Shown here piece after piece: positions 9,522 to 19,910 of a stretch of 64,000 nucleotides of DNA. Every line of letters starts with the position of its first letter. Positions within the stretch are counted from its first letter, which is position 1. The translations under genes were made by a program, and so were the position numbers. The notes below the pieces were generated by a model, which was not told the origin of the DNA, did no database searches, and worked only from the letters and a program-made list of their open reading frames with translations. The stretch lies in NCBI GenBank assembly GCA_902785135.1, contig CACZXL010000007.1:6016-70015 (forward strand), given 5' to 3'. The DNA comes from an uncultured Erysipelotrichaceae bacterium (GTDB lineage: Bacteria > Bacillota_I > Bacilli_A > RF39 > UBA660).

Positions 9522-10103
9522 ATGAAAATTAATAGTGTTGAAATGACTATTAGCGCTGTAAGACAGAGTCAATATCCAGAAGATAAGAATCCAGAATTCT
9601 TACTTGTTGGTAGAAGTAATGTAGGGAAAAGTAGTTTTATTAATTGTATTATAGAAAGAAGACAAGCTGCTAGAGTTTCATCTAAACCAGGTAAAACTCA
9701 AACTTTAAACTTCTATAATGTCAATAATAGTTTTTATTTAGTTGATGTTCCAGGATATGGTTATGCATCAGTTAGTAAAGAAATGCAAGCTAAATTTGGT
9801 AAGATGATTGAGGAATATATAGAAAATAGAGATTGTCTTAAAAAAGTATTTATGCTTGTAGATTTTAGAATAAAACCTACACAAGATGATTTATTAATGT
9901 ATAATTTCTTAAAATATTATAATTTACCTGTTACTATAGTTGCGACTAAAGTAGATAAAGTTAGTAAAAATGATAGAGATAAACAAATTAAGCTTATTAA
10001 TGAAACATTAAATGTACAAGAAGGCGATGAACTAGTATTATTCTCTATTAAGACTAAGTTAGGTAAGTCAGAAATACACAAACAAATTGAAGAATTAATA
10101 TAA
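9522..10103 (+). CDS. engB: Ribosome biogenesis GTPase EngB/YsxC
   Basis: G1 motif GRSNVGKSS, DVPGYGYA. 193 aa. Confidence 0.9.
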   Translation: MKINSVEMTISAVRQSQYPEDKNPEFLLVGRSNVGKSSFINCIIERRQAARVSSKPGKTQTLNFYNVNNSFYLVDVPGYGYASVSKEMQAKFGKMIEEYIENRDCLKKVFMLVDFRIKPTQDDLLMYNFLKYYNLPVTIVATKVDKVSKNDRDKQIKLINETLNVQEGDELVLFSIKTKLGKSEIHKQIEELI

Positions 10104-10174
10104 GAAGAAAAGTAATACTTTTCTTTTTTTTTACTTTTTGGTATAATCTTTAAAGAAAAAAAGAGGTGATGGCG

Positions 10175-11488
10175 ATGAAACTACCTAGTGTTGCTTTAGT
10201 TGGTAGACCAAATGTAGGTAAGAGTTCTGTTTTTAATAGAATATTAAGACAAAAAGTATCTATTATAGAAGATACTCCAGGTATTACTAGAGATAGAATA
10301 TATGGTACTGCTGAATATAAGGGATATAAGTTTAATCTTATTGATACTGGTGGAATAGATATTTCTGATGATAAATTTAATACAGATATTAAGATACAAG
10401 CAGAAATAGCGATAGATGAAGCAGATGTAGTAATATTCGTTGTAGATGGTAAAGAAGGTTTAAATACTAATGATAAGGTTGTTAGAGATATTCTTTATAA
10501 ATCTAATAAAAAGATAATTGTAGCGATAAATAAAATAGATAATAATCAAACTAAAGAAAACTTATATGATTTTTATGAATTAGGTTTTGAACATTATGTT
10601 CCTATAAGTGCGGAACATGGTACTAACTTTGATAGTTTATTAGATGAAGTTGTTAAAGATTTTAATGATCAAGATATAGTAGATGATGATGATAGATTAA
10701 AATTTTGTATAATAGGTAGACCAAATGTAGGTAAAAGTTCACTTGTTAATGCACTTCTTAGAGAAGATAGAGTAATTGTTAGTAATGAAGCTGGTACAAC
10801 TAGAGATTCAGTAGATACAGTATTTAAATATGATAAAAAAGATTATGTAGTTATAGATACTGCTGGTATGAGAAAAAAAGGAAAAATTTATGAAGCAGTA
10901 GAAAAGTATAGTTTATTAAGAGCGATGAAATCAATTGATAGAAGTGATGTTTGTGTAATAGTTATAAATGCTGAGGAAGGTATTATAGAACATGATAAAC
11001 ATATCGCATCATATGCATTAGAGGCAGGTAAACCTATGGTACTTGTTGTTAATAAATGGGATTTAATGAAGGATACTGATATTAAGACATTTACTAAAGA
11101 AATGAGAGCAGAATTTCAATTCCTATCATATGTACCAATTGTATTCTTAAGTGCTAAAGAAGGAACAAGAGTTCATACTTTGATGCCAGAAATAATAAAA
11201 GTATATAATAATGCTAGAAGAGAATTAAAGACTAGTTTATTAAATAATGTTATTAGAGATGCATATGATTTAAATGCTGCTCCTTCATATAAAGGTAGAA
11301 GATTAAAAATATATTATTGTGTTCAAGTAGGAATATCACCTATAAGAATTAATATGTTTGTAAATGATAAAGGATTAGTGCATTTCTCATATTTAAGATA
11401 TTTAGAAAATAAGATTAGAGAAAACTTTGATTTAGAAGGTACACCTTTAGAAATACAATTTAAAAATAAAGGTGAATCAGGAATGTAA
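10175..11488 (+). CDS. der: Tandem-GTPase Der/EngA
   Basis: Two G domains (GRPNVGKSS twice) and a KH-like C-terminus. ATG at 10175 follows aagaggtga; the track start at 10166 is likely too early. Confidence 0.93.
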   Translation: MKLPSVALVGRPNVGKSSVFNRILRQKVSIIEDTPGITRDRIYGTAEYKGYKFNLIDTGGIDISDDKFNTDIKIQAEIAIDEADVVIFVVDGKEGLNTNDKVVRDILYKSNKKIIVAINKIDNNQTKENLYDFYELGFEHYVPISAEHGTNFDSLLDEVVKDFNDQDIVDDDDRLKFCIIGRPNVGKSSLVNALLREDRVIVSNEAGTTRDSVDTVFKYDKKDYVVIDTAGMRKKGKIYEAVEKYSLLRAMKSIDRSDVCVIVINAEEGIIEHDKHIASYALEAGKPMVLVVNKWDLMKDTDIKTFTKEMRAEFQFLSYVPIVFLSAKEGTRVHTLMPEIIKVYNNARRELKTSLLNNVIRDAYDLNAAPSYKGRRLKIYYCVQVGISPIRINMFVNDKGLVHFSYLRYLENKIRENFDLEGTPLEIQFKNKGESGM

Positions 11489-11550
11489 AACTTACAATAA
11501 ATTATTGTAAGTTTTTTTTATTAATGATAAAATTTATATAGAATGGGAGT

Positions 11551-12072
11551 GTGTGTATGAAAAAACTATTAAAAGGAATATTCATTTTAATAATAATTTT
11601 CTCACTAGGATTAAATGTGATACTTTTAAACGAAAGAAAGAATTATAGTAATGATTGTGAAGCTGTTGATATAAAGGATACAACAAAAGATGAGAATAAT
11701 AAAACAAAAAATATAAAGCTTACAAAAGATGGATTTGCAAGACAATTTAAAGAATATCAGTCTAAATCTAAATTAGCTAATTCTGATGCAGTTGTTGTAT
11801 GGGATGTAACTAAATTAATAGAAGTTGGTTATTTTAAAAGTAATGAAACAAAAAAATTATATTATGTTACAGAAAAATATAGTTGTATGGAAGGTACTGA
11901 TTGTATAAAAGCAAGTGGAAAAGTAGATACTGATGCTGAATATAATAATGTTACAACTTTTGTAGTGGCGGCTACTCCAGTTGATGAAACTTCAACTATA
12001 TTTGAAATATTAGATTATTCTATAGAAAAAAATGATGACTTTCAAAAGATTAATCCAGTAGAAGTTAAATAA
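11551..12072 (+). CDS. Hypothetical membrane-anchored or secreted protein
   Basis: N-terminal hydrophobic segment LLKGIFILIIIFSLGLNVILL. No recognisable domain. Confidence 0.5.
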   Translation: MCMKKLLKGIFILIIIFSLGLNVILLNERKNYSNDCEAVDIKDTTKDENNKTKNIKLTKDGFARQFKEYQSKSKLANSDAVVVWDVTKLIEVGYFKSNETKKLYYVTEKYSCMEGTDCIKASGKVDTDAEYNNVTTFVVAATPVDETSTIFEILDYSIEKNDDFQKINPVEVK

Positions 12073-12126
12073 AAAACTATCACTTATCAAATTAAATTAC
12101 ATATATTAATGTAAGAGGTGTTTAAT

Positions 12127-12369
12127 TTGAGATTAAGTGATAGTTTTTTTAATAAAGTTGAAAAGAAAACTAATGTGAATAAAGAATCTATATTAAGTCT
12201 AGCTAAGAAGCTACAAGGTGATAATATAAAAGACGAAAAGGTTTTAAGAGAGGTTATAAAAGAACTAAGTTCTATGACAGGTAAAGAAGTAAGTAAAGAA
12301 CAAGAAGATAAAATAGTAAGTACAGTTGTTAATGATAAAGTGCCTGATAATTTAGATAAAATGATTTAA
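12127..12369 (+). CDS. Stage VI sporulation protein F-like (SpoVIF/YjcC family)
   Basis: FFNKVEKKTNVN...DEKVLREVIKELS...VSKEQEDKIV resembles SpoVIF as I recall it. It lies immediately upstream of spoIVA. Start may be TTG at 12127 or GTG at 12118. Confidence 0.55.
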   Translation: MRLSDSFFNKVEKKTNVNKESILSLAKKLQGDNIKDEKVLREVIKELSSMTGKEVSKEQEDKIVSTVVNDKVPDNLDKMI

Positions 12370-12423
12370 TAGTAATAATTAATAATCTTATTCATATATT
12401 TAACTATAGAAAGTAGGGATTAT

Positions 12424-13893
12424 ATGGATAAAATAGATATAATAAAAAGTATATCAACTAGAACAAATGGTGATATATATTTAGGAGTAGTTGGTGCGGT
12501 AAGAACAGGTAAATCTACATTTATAAAGAAATTTGTTGAAAACTTAGTTGTGCCAAATATAAGTGATGAGTATGAAAAGAAAAGGTGTTTAGATGAAATA
12601 CCTCAGACATCTGGTGGAAAACAAATAATGACAATAGAACCAAAATTTGTACCTAGTAATTCTGCTAAAATAAAAGTAGATGATTTTGGTTGTAATGTTA
12701 GATTAGTAGATTGTGTTGGATATGTTATTCCAGGTTCTAAAGGTTTTGAGGATGAAATGGGAGAACCTAGAATGGTTAAGACTCCTTGGTTTGAAGATGA
12801 AATTGCGTTTGTTGAAGCAGCAGAAATAGGAACAGAAAAAGTGATAAGAGATCATTCTACTATTGGTATAGTGGTTACAACTGATGGTAGTTTTACAGAT
12901 ATTCCAAGAAGTGGATATATAGATGCAGAAAAGAATGTAGTATCAGAATTAAAAGAAATAGGAAAACCATTTATAGTTATTTTAAATAGCGCTCATCCTA
13001 GTTTGCCAGATACAATTAATTTATCTGAAAAGATGAGGGAAGAATATAATGTACCTGTTATTCCTATATCTGTAGAAACTATGAGTGAAAAAGATATTTA
13101 TAAAATATTAAGAGAAGCATTATATGAGTTTCCTGTATTAAGTGTGAATGTTAATATACCTGATTGGATAGGATCTTTAAGAAGCACAAATCAAATCAAA
13201 AAAATATACATTGATCAAATAAAAGATAGTGTTATAGAAGTAGATAAGTTAAGAGATATAGAAACTATAAATAATCATTTTAAAGAATGCGATAAGATAG
13301 AAAAAGCCTATATATCAAATGTAGATCCTTCAAAAGGAGAGGTAACAATAAATATAGATGCTCCCAATGATTTATATGATGAAGTTTTAAGAGAAGTTTC
13401 AGGAACAGATAAAATTAGTAAAGCAAAACTATTATCAGTATTTCAAGATTATAATGATACAAAAGAGGAATTTAATGAATATAAAAATGCATTAAAAATG
13501 GTAAAAAGTACTGGATATGGAATAGCGATTCCTACGATAAAGGATATGAAATTAGATAAACCAGAAATAATTAAACAAAATGGAAGGTATGGAGTCAAAC
13601 TAAAGGCTGTCGCTTCATCAATTCACATGATAAAGGTAGATGTAGAAAGTACATTTGAACCAATAATAGGATCTGAACTTCAAAGTAAAGAGTTAATTGA
13701 TTATTTAAGTAAAGATAATAATGAAGATATATGGAAAAGTGAAATCTTTGGAAGAAGTCTTGATTCTATAGTACAAGAGGGTATTCAGGCTAAACTTTCA
13801 TTGATGCCAGATAACCTTAGATTTAAACTACAAAATACACTTTCAAAGGTTGTAAATAAAGGCTCAAATAACTTAATTGCGATAGTTTTATAG
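12424..13893 (+). CDS. spoIVA: Stage IV sporulation protein A (spore coat morphogenetic ATPase)
   Basis: N-terminal Walker A GVVGAVRTGKSTFIKKF. 489 aa, matching the SpoIVA length. SpoIVA-specific middle and C-terminal blocks are present. Confidence 0.9.
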   Translation: MDKIDIIKSISTRTNGDIYLGVVGAVRTGKSTFIKKFVENLVVPNISDEYEKKRCLDEIPQTSGGKQIMTIEPKFVPSNSAKIKVDDFGCNVRLVDCVGYVIPGSKGFEDEMGEPRMVKTPWFEDEIAFVEAAEIGTEKVIRDHSTIGIVVTTDGSFTDIPRSGYIDAEKNVVSELKEIGKPFIVILNSAHPSLPDTINLSEKMREEYNVPVIPISVETMSEKDIYKILREALYEFPVLSVNVNIPDWIGSLRSTNQIKKIYIDQIKDSVIEVDKLRDIETINNHFKECDKIEKAYISNVDPSKGEVTINIDAPNDLYDEVLREVSGTDKISKAKLLSVFQDYNDTKEEFNEYKNALKMVKSTGYGIAIPTIKDMKLDKPEIIKQNGRYGVKLKAVASSIHMIKVDVESTFEPIIGSELQSKELIDYLSKDNNEDIWKSEIFGRSLDSIVQEGIQAKLSLMPDNLRFKLQNTLSKVVNKGSNNLIAIVL

Positions 13894-14048
13894 AAAAAAA
13901 GTTAATTTTTAGTAAAAAAATGGGTAAAAATGCCCGTTTTTTCTTTATTTTTAAACAAAATATATTGATTTTCTTGTTAAAAAATGGTATGTTTAGTATG
14001 TAAGCATAGAGTGCTTATTACATAATATGTCAAACGGAGGTAATGAAA

Positions 14049-14324
14049 ATGACAAAATTAGAATTTATTGAAGCTATTGCAGCAAAATCAGGATTAACTA
14101 AAGCTGATTCAGCTAGAGCAGTAGAAGCTTTCCAAAGCGTAGTTACAGAAACATTAAAGAAAGGTGATAAAGTTACTTTAACTGGATTTGGTGTATTCAG
14201 CGTTTCAAAAAGAGAAGCTAGAAACGGAAGAAACCCAAGAACTGGTGAAGTTGTTAAAATCGCTGCTAGTAAATCAGTTAAATTCAAAACTGGTTCTAAA
14301 TTAAAAGACGCAGTTAATAAATAA
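14049..14324 (+). CDS. hup: HU family DNA-binding protein
   Basis: MTKLEFIEAIAAKSGLTKADS...GFGVFSVSKREARNGRNPRTGE...KFKTGSKLKDAV is the classic HU signature. ATG at 14049 has better spacing to ggagg than 14043. Confidence 0.93.
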   Translation: MTKLEFIEAIAAKSGLTKADSARAVEAFQSVVTETLKKGDKVTLTGFGVFSVSKREARNGRNPRTGEVVKIAASKSVKFKTGSKLKDAVNK

Positions 14325-14326
14325 GA

Positions 14327-14356
14327 AAAACCATTTTATATGGTTTTTTTCTTTTT
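14327..14356 (+). terminator. Rho-independent terminator after hup
   Basis: aaaaccat-tttat-atggtttt hairpin followed by a T-run. Confidence 0.6.
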
Positions 14357-14391
14357 CTAAAAAACATGTTATAATTAGGTAGGTGAATGCT

Positions 14392-15498
14392 ATGTTTGAA
14401 AATGCTATAGAAGTATTAAAAATAATTGAAAAAAAAGGCTTTAAAGCATATATAGTTGGTGGTTATGTTAGAGATATTTATTTATCTAGAACTTCTACTG
14501 ATATTGATATATGTACTAGTGCAAAACCTAAAGATCTTTTAAAAATATTTAAAAGAAATATAATTATAGATGAAAAATATGGTTCTGTTAAATTAGAATA
14601 TAAAAAGAATTTCTTTGATATAACTACATTTAGAAAAGATATTAAATATAAAGATAATAGAAGACCATCACAAATAGAATATGTAGATGAATTAGAAGAA
14701 GATCTAGTAAGAAGAGACTTTTCTATTAATACTATGTGTATGGATAGTAATGGTAATATAATTGATACTTTTAATGCAAAAAAGGATATAGCAGATAAAA
14801 TAATTAAGACTGTATCTGACTCAAATAAAATAATAGAAGAAGATTCACTAAGAATATTACGTGCGATTAGATTTGCGACAACATTAAATTTTAGAATAGA
14901 TAAAAAACTAGAAAAAGCTATTAAAAAGAATTCTAAATTATTAAAGAATTTATCTTTCCACAGGAAAAAATCAGAACTAAATCTAGTATTTAGATCTAAT
15001 AATTATCAATATGGTATTGATTTAATTAATAAATATAAGTTATATAAAGAATTAGAAATAAATAAGATTAGTAAATTAAAAAAGACTTCTGATGTATTAG
15101 GAATGTGGGCTCAAATAGAGTATTCTGATAATTATCCTTTTAGTAATTTAGAAAAAGAAACAATAAAAAATATCAGAGAATTGCTTTTATATGGTAAAAT
15201 AGATTCATATGCCCTTTATAAGTATGGTAATTATATACCTTTAACAGTCGCTGAAATAAAAGGTATAGATAAAAAAGAAATATTAGATATGTATGATAGT
15301 TTACCTATTTATTCTAAAGATGATATTAAAATAAGCATAATGGACATATGTATATTACTTAAAGTAGAACCTAGTAAAAGAGTAAGAGATATTTTAAGTG
15401 ATATAGAATATAAAATACTATCTAATGAATTAGATAATAAGAAGGAAACACTAAAAGAATATATATTAAAAGGATATGGTGATAGTAATGAAAAATGA
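14392..15498 (+). CDS. cca: CCA-adding tRNA nucleotidyltransferase / poly(A) polymerase family
   Basis: PolA head-domain motif GGYVRD...DIDI and an RxxRF-like LRILRAIRFA block. ATG at 14392 follows aggtaggtga. Confidence 0.7.
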   Translation: MFENAIEVLKIIEKKGFKAYIVGGYVRDIYLSRTSTDIDICTSAKPKDLLKIFKRNIIIDEKYGSVKLEYKKNFFDITTFRKDIKYKDNRRPSQIEYVDELEEDLVRRDFSINTMCMDSNGNIIDTFNAKKDIADKIIKTVSDSNKIIEEDSLRILRAIRFATTLNFRIDKKLEKAIKKNSKLLKNLSFHRKKSELNLVFRSNNYQYGIDLINKYKLYKELEINKISKLKKTSDVLGMWAQIEYSDNYPFSNLEKETIKNIRELLLYGKIDSYALYKYGNYIPLTVAEIKGIDKKEILDMYDSLPIYSKDDIKISIMDICILLKVEPSKRVRDILSDIEYKILSNELDNKKETLKEYILKGYGDSNEK

Positions 15499-16120
15499 TA
15501 TTTTAAAAGATACAATTAAAGTAAATGATAATCTTATTATTCCAGGTTATATTATTAAAAACTTTGATAAATTAGAGTTAGAAGGTTTAAATTTAATACT
15601 ATTACTATATTTTATAAATCAAAAAGATAATATTACTTTTGATGTTTCAAAGATTAGTAAAGATTTAAATCTAGAAAGTTCTAAAGTTTTAGAATTAATT
15701 AATGAATTAAATGAAAAAAATTATATTTCTATTGAAATGAAAAAGAGTAATGGAGTTATAGAGGAATTTATTTCTACAGAGTTATTCTATAATAAAATTA
15801 GTTCATTATTACTAGATAATGAAAAAAACGATAATAATAATGATATATATTCGTTGTTTGAGAAAGAATTTGGTAGAACACTTAGTCCTACAGAATATGA
15901 AAATATAAATAGATGGATAGAAAGTGAAATAGATGAAGAATTAATTAAAGAAGCTTTAAAAGAAGCTATTTTAAGTAATGTAAGAAGTATGAGATATATT
16001 GATTCAATATTATTAAATTGGACTAAAAAAGGTTATAAAAAAAGAGAAGATATTAAAAGAAAAAAAGAGTCTAATGATAATACAGAAGAGATATATGATT
16101 ATGATTGGTTAAATGAATAA
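15488..16120 (+). CDS. DnaD-domain replication initiation/membrane attachment-like protein
   Basis: C-terminal DnaD-like block FEKEFGRTLSPTEYENINRWIESEIDEELIKEALKEA. It overlaps the cca 3' end. Confidence 0.55.
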   Translation: MKNDILKDTIKVNDNLIIPGYIIKNFDKLELEGLNLILLLYFINQKDNITFDVSKISKDLNLESSKVLELINELNEKNYISIEMKKSNGVIEEFISTELFYNKISSLLLDNEKNDNNNDIYSLFEKEFGRTLSPTEYENINRWIESEIDEELIKEALKEAILSNVRSMRYIDSILLNWTKKGYKKREDIKRKKESNDNTEEIYDYDWLNE

Positions 16121-16144
16121 AAAAAAACTCCTATTGGAGTTTTT

Positions 16145-16702
16145 TTATTCGAATACTTTTGCGATACCCTTAATATTTTTCTTAAATATAACAACATCTA
16201 TAATATCACATATTGAATATACTATTGTTAATGCACCTAATACTTTAACCATAGATAATGCAGCTATTTCAGGATTAAATATTAGACATAAACCACATAT
16301 AATAGTTAATAATGATAATATATAAGTAATTGGCCAATATGTATTATTTGAATCTTTTAATGCTAATGCCATTCTTAATTTAAATGTTGAATTTATAATA
16401 AACCATAATCCAACCATCATAGGTAACAAAATATTAACATAATCTGGATTAGATACTATTATTATAGATAGTATTACTGATAATAAACCTGATGTAAATC
16501 CATCAAAGAAATAGAATATTTTAAATTGCTTATAATCATCAATAATTGAAAAGATACCATTTAGTAATAATATCGCAACAATGAAATAAGACATAATATC
16601 TATAGACAGTTTAGTAAATACTAATAATATAAATCCCACTAATAAAAATGCTACTGAACTAATTAAAGAAATAGTCATCAACTTATTAAACTTTTTTCTC
16701 AT
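16145..16702 (-). CDS. HdeD/DUF308-family small polytopic membrane protein
   Basis: 185 aa with about six hydrophobic helices. The pattern is typical of DUF308 acid-resistance membrane proteins. Confidence 0.5.
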   Translation of the reverse strand: MRKKFNKLMTISLISSVAFLLVGFILLVFTKLSIDIMSYFIVAILLLNGIFSIIDDYKQFKIFYFFDGFTSGLLSVILSIIIVSNPDYVNILLPMMVGLWFIINSTFKLRMALALKDSNNTYWPITYILSLLTIICGLCLIFNPEIAALSMVKVLGALTIVYSICDIIDVVIFKKNIKGIAKVFE

Positions 16703-16798
16703 AATACATTTCTCCTATTATCTTTATAATATATTTTTTTTTAATAAAAGTCAATCTATATAGGGGAACTACTTTACACGAAATAGAATAATATTATT

Positions 16799-18259
16799 AT
16801 GAGAATAAAAAAAGTATTTGATAATTGCTACATAGATTATAATTATTATTTGAATTATAAAAATAATTATTTGTTTTTAAAATTTTTTATAAATAAGCAT
16901 AATAAGAAGTATCTAAATAATATTATTAATAAAGATTATATAATTGATGATAAAAAACTTGATAAGAATCAAAAAGAGGCTGTTTTTAGCGATGAAAACA
17001 ATATTTTAGTATTATCTAGCGCTGGTTCAGGAAAAACTCTTACAATATGTGCTAAAATACGTTATTTAATTGAAGAAAAAAATATTAAAGAAAATGAAAT
17101 ACTATGTCTATCATTTACAAATGATTCAGTAAATGATCTAAAAGAAAGAATAAATTATAATGTAGATATATTTACTTTTCATAAATTAGCGTTAGAAATA
17201 TTAAAAGACTATAATATAAGTAATTCAATCGCAAGTAATTATTTAGAATATATAATAGAAGAAATATTTATATCTATTTGTAAAAATATAGATCCTAAAA
17301 CATTAAAATACTTCGTAAATACAATATCTAGTTTTATTAATTTATTAAAAAATAATAATTATAATATTGATAAAATAAAGAAAAATAATAATTTATTAAA
17401 AGTAATAGAAAAAATATATTATATTTATGAAGAAGAATTATATAGTTCAGGTCTAATAGATTTTAATGATATGATTAATAAGACTATTGAATTGATTAAT
17501 AAAAAAGGATTAAAAAGATATTATAAATATATAATAATAGATGAATTCCAAGATATATCCTTAAACAGATATAATCTAATAAAAACTATAAAAGACGCCT
17601 GTAACACAAAGTTATTTGTAGTAGGAGATGACTACCAATCTATATATAGGTTTGCTGGGTCCTATCTTAAATTAGTAACTGATTTTAAAAAGTATTTTGG
17701 ATATACTAAAATTATAAAACTTGTTAATACATATAGGAATTCGTTAGAATTAATAAAAGTATCTAATACTTTTATTTTAAAGAATAAAAATCAAATTAAA
17801 AAGAATATTAATTCAAATAAACATATTGATAAACCTATTAAGATAATTCATTTTGATAAAAATCTTGATATTAAATTTAATAAACTAGTAGATGAAATAG
17901 ATACTAAGATTATGGTCTTAGGAAGAAATAATTATGATTTAGAATTAGTATCTAATGATAATAAAAAACTATCATTTTATACTGTTCATAAGTCTAAAGG
18001 ATTAGAAGAAGAAAATGTAATAGTATTAAATTTAGTTGATGATAGATATGGTTTTCCAAATAAGAAAAAAGAAGAAGTGTTAGATTTATTACTTCCTAAA
18101 GAGAAGTATAGATATGAAGAAGAAAGAAGATTATTTTATGTAGCGCTAACAAGGACAAAAAACAATGTTTTCTTATTTGTGGATAAGAATAAACCATCTA
18201 TTTTTATAAAAGAAATAATTAGAAAGAATAAAAAATATATTGAAGTACTTAATTTATAA
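16799..18259 (+). CDS. Short UvrD/Rep-superfamily (SF1) DNA helicase, solitary
   Basis: Motifs I LSSAGSGKT, II IIIDEFQD, III VVGDDYQSIYRFAGS, V HKSKGLEEENV and VI YVALTRTKNNV. Only 486 aa. The gene lies in extremely AT-rich DNA. Confidence 0.75.
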   Translation: MRIKKVFDNCYIDYNYYLNYKNNYLFLKFFINKHNKKYLNNIINKDYIIDDKKLDKNQKEAVFSDENNILVLSSAGSGKTLTICAKIRYLIEEKNIKENEILCLSFTNDSVNDLKERINYNVDIFTFHKLALEILKDYNISNSIASNYLEYIIEEIFISICKNIDPKTLKYFVNTISSFINLLKNNNYNIDKIKKNNNLLKVIEKIYYIYEEELYSSGLIDFNDMINKTIELINKKGLKRYYKYIIIDEFQDISLNRYNLIKTIKDACNTKLFVVGDDYQSIYRFAGSYLKLVTDFKKYFGYTKIIKLVNTYRNSLELIKVSNTFILKNKNQIKKNINSNKHIDKPIKIIHFDKNLDIKFNKLVDEIDTKIMVLGRNNYDLELVSNDNKKLSFYTVHKSKGLEEENVIVLNLVDDRYGFPNKKKEEVLDLLLPKEKYRYEEERRLFYVALTRTKNNVFLFVDKNKPSIFIKEIIRKNKKYIEVLNL

Positions 18260-18284
18260 ATGATATAATTAAATTGGTGATGTT

Positions 18285-19004
18285 ATGAACAAAGTTCCTA
18301 ATCATGTTGCGATTATTATGGATGGAAATGGTAGATGGGCAACCAATAGAGGCTTGGTAAGAACTGAAGGACATAGAAAAGGTGCCTATATGTTAGAAAA
18401 GTTAGCGGTTCATATACTTAATACTGGTACAAAATATTTAACTGTTTATGCTTTTTCAACAGATAATTTTAAAAGACCTGAAACTGAAGTAACTTTCTTA
18501 ATGAATTTATTTATAAAAATGTTTAAATCTGAGATGGATAATATTATTAAAAACGATATAAAAGTAGTATTTTCAGGTAGAAAAGAAAACTTAAGGGATG
18601 ATGTTCTTGAAGCAATGGAATATGTCTCTAATAAGTCTAAAAATAATAAAAAAGGTATATTAAATATATGTTTAAACTATGGTTCACAAGAAGAAATAGT
18701 AGATGCGACTAAAAAAATAGTAAAAGATGTACAAGATGGCATTATAAATATAGATGATATAGATAAAGAAATGTATTATAAATATATGTATAAAGATCTT
18801 CCTCCAATAGATTTAATGATAAGAACTAGTGGAGAACAAAGACTTTCAAACTTTATGTTATATCAGTTAACATATTCAGAATTATACTTTACAGATACTT
18901 ATTTTCCTGATTTTGATGAAAAAGAATATGATAAAGCAATAGATGCTTATAATAATAGAGATAGAAGATTTGGAAAAATAAAAGATGGAAGTGAAAACAA
19001 ATGA
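18285..19004 (+). CDS. uppS: Undecaprenyl diphosphate synthase (isoprenyl transferase)
   Basis: HVAIIMDGNGRWA and the downstream RTSGEQRLSNFMLYQLTYSELYF block. Confidence 0.9.
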   Translation: MNKVPNHVAIIMDGNGRWATNRGLVRTEGHRKGAYMLEKLAVHILNTGTKYLTVYAFSTDNFKRPETEVTFLMNLFIKMFKSEMDNIIKNDIKVVFSGRKENLRDDVLEAMEYVSNKSKNNKKGILNICLNYGSQEEIVDATKKIVKDVQDGIINIDDIDKEMYYKYMYKDLPPIDLMIRTSGEQRLSNFMLYQLTYSELYFTDTYFPDFDEKEYDKAIDAYNNRDRRFGKIKDGSENK

Positions 19005-19902
19005 AAAAATGTGTGATTATTTATAATAAGAAAAGTGGTAAAGTTAAACCAAGTACGTTAATTAATAGTTTTTATAATATTGTTGAAGATTATGGTTATA
19101 AATTAGAAGTAATAACTACTAATAGAAAAGGCCATGCGACAACTATAATGGAAGAATTACCTAATGATATAGATTTAGTTATTGCAGCAGGTGGAGATGG
19201 AACTTTTAATGAAGCTATTAGAGGTAATATAAAAAGGAAGAAAAAATTATTAATGGCTCATTTGCCTTTAGGTACAACTAATGATGTAGGAACTATGTAT
19301 GGATTTAGTAAAAACTATAATATTGATTTGGAATTAATACTTACAGGTGTTAAAAAAAATATAGATGTAATTATGCTTAACGGTGATCCTTTTGTTTATG
19401 TAGCGGCTTTTGGTAATTTTATAAATGTAACAAAGAAAGATTTGGTAGACTTGCTTATTTATTATTTGGTTTTACTGAAATAAAAGAAAGAATTCATATG
19501 AATCATATTAAATATACTATTGATGGAGTAGAAAAAGAAGGTAAATTCTCTTATATATTTATTACAAATAGTAATAGAATAGGTGGAGTAGATAATATAT
19601 ATCCTGATATTAAATTAGATGATAATAAATTTGAAGTTTTACTTTGTAATATAAAAAATAAAGCAGAAATAATACGTTCTTTATATTTAATGAGAAATAA
19701 AGGTATAGAAAATGTTCCAGGATGTGAATACTATTGTACATCTAATTTAAAAATAGAATTTGATGAGACACCTAAATTCTCTTGGGGATTAGATGGAGAA
19801 GAATATAAATCTGAAACAAATATTTTTGAATTCACAGTAAACAAAGATATAAACATTTTATTACCTGAATATAATATAGATAAATTATTTATTGAAAAGT
19901 AG
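19001..19902 (+). pseudogene. DAGK_cat/YegS-type lipid kinase split by a frameshift. ORF 19001..19483 carries the catalytic domain, and 19441..19902 in a different frame carries the accessory domain
   Basis: The first ORF has AAGGDGT and LPLGTTND and ends AAFGNFINVTKKDLVDLL then stop. Frame +1 from 19441 reads FGRLAYLLFGFTEIKE..., continuing the same family. The shift lies between 19417 and 19440 in an A-rich run (caaagaaaga). Confidence 0.65.
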
Positions 19903-19910
19903 GTGACAAT

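Noticed and set aside
14030-14287. 85-aa - strand ORF
   Set aside because: Antisense to the highly conserved HU gene. Spurious.
16113-16325. 70-aa + strand ORF
   Set aside because: Overlaps the DUF308 membrane-protein gene on the opposite strand. It has no Shine-Dalgarno and a hydrophobic junk translation.
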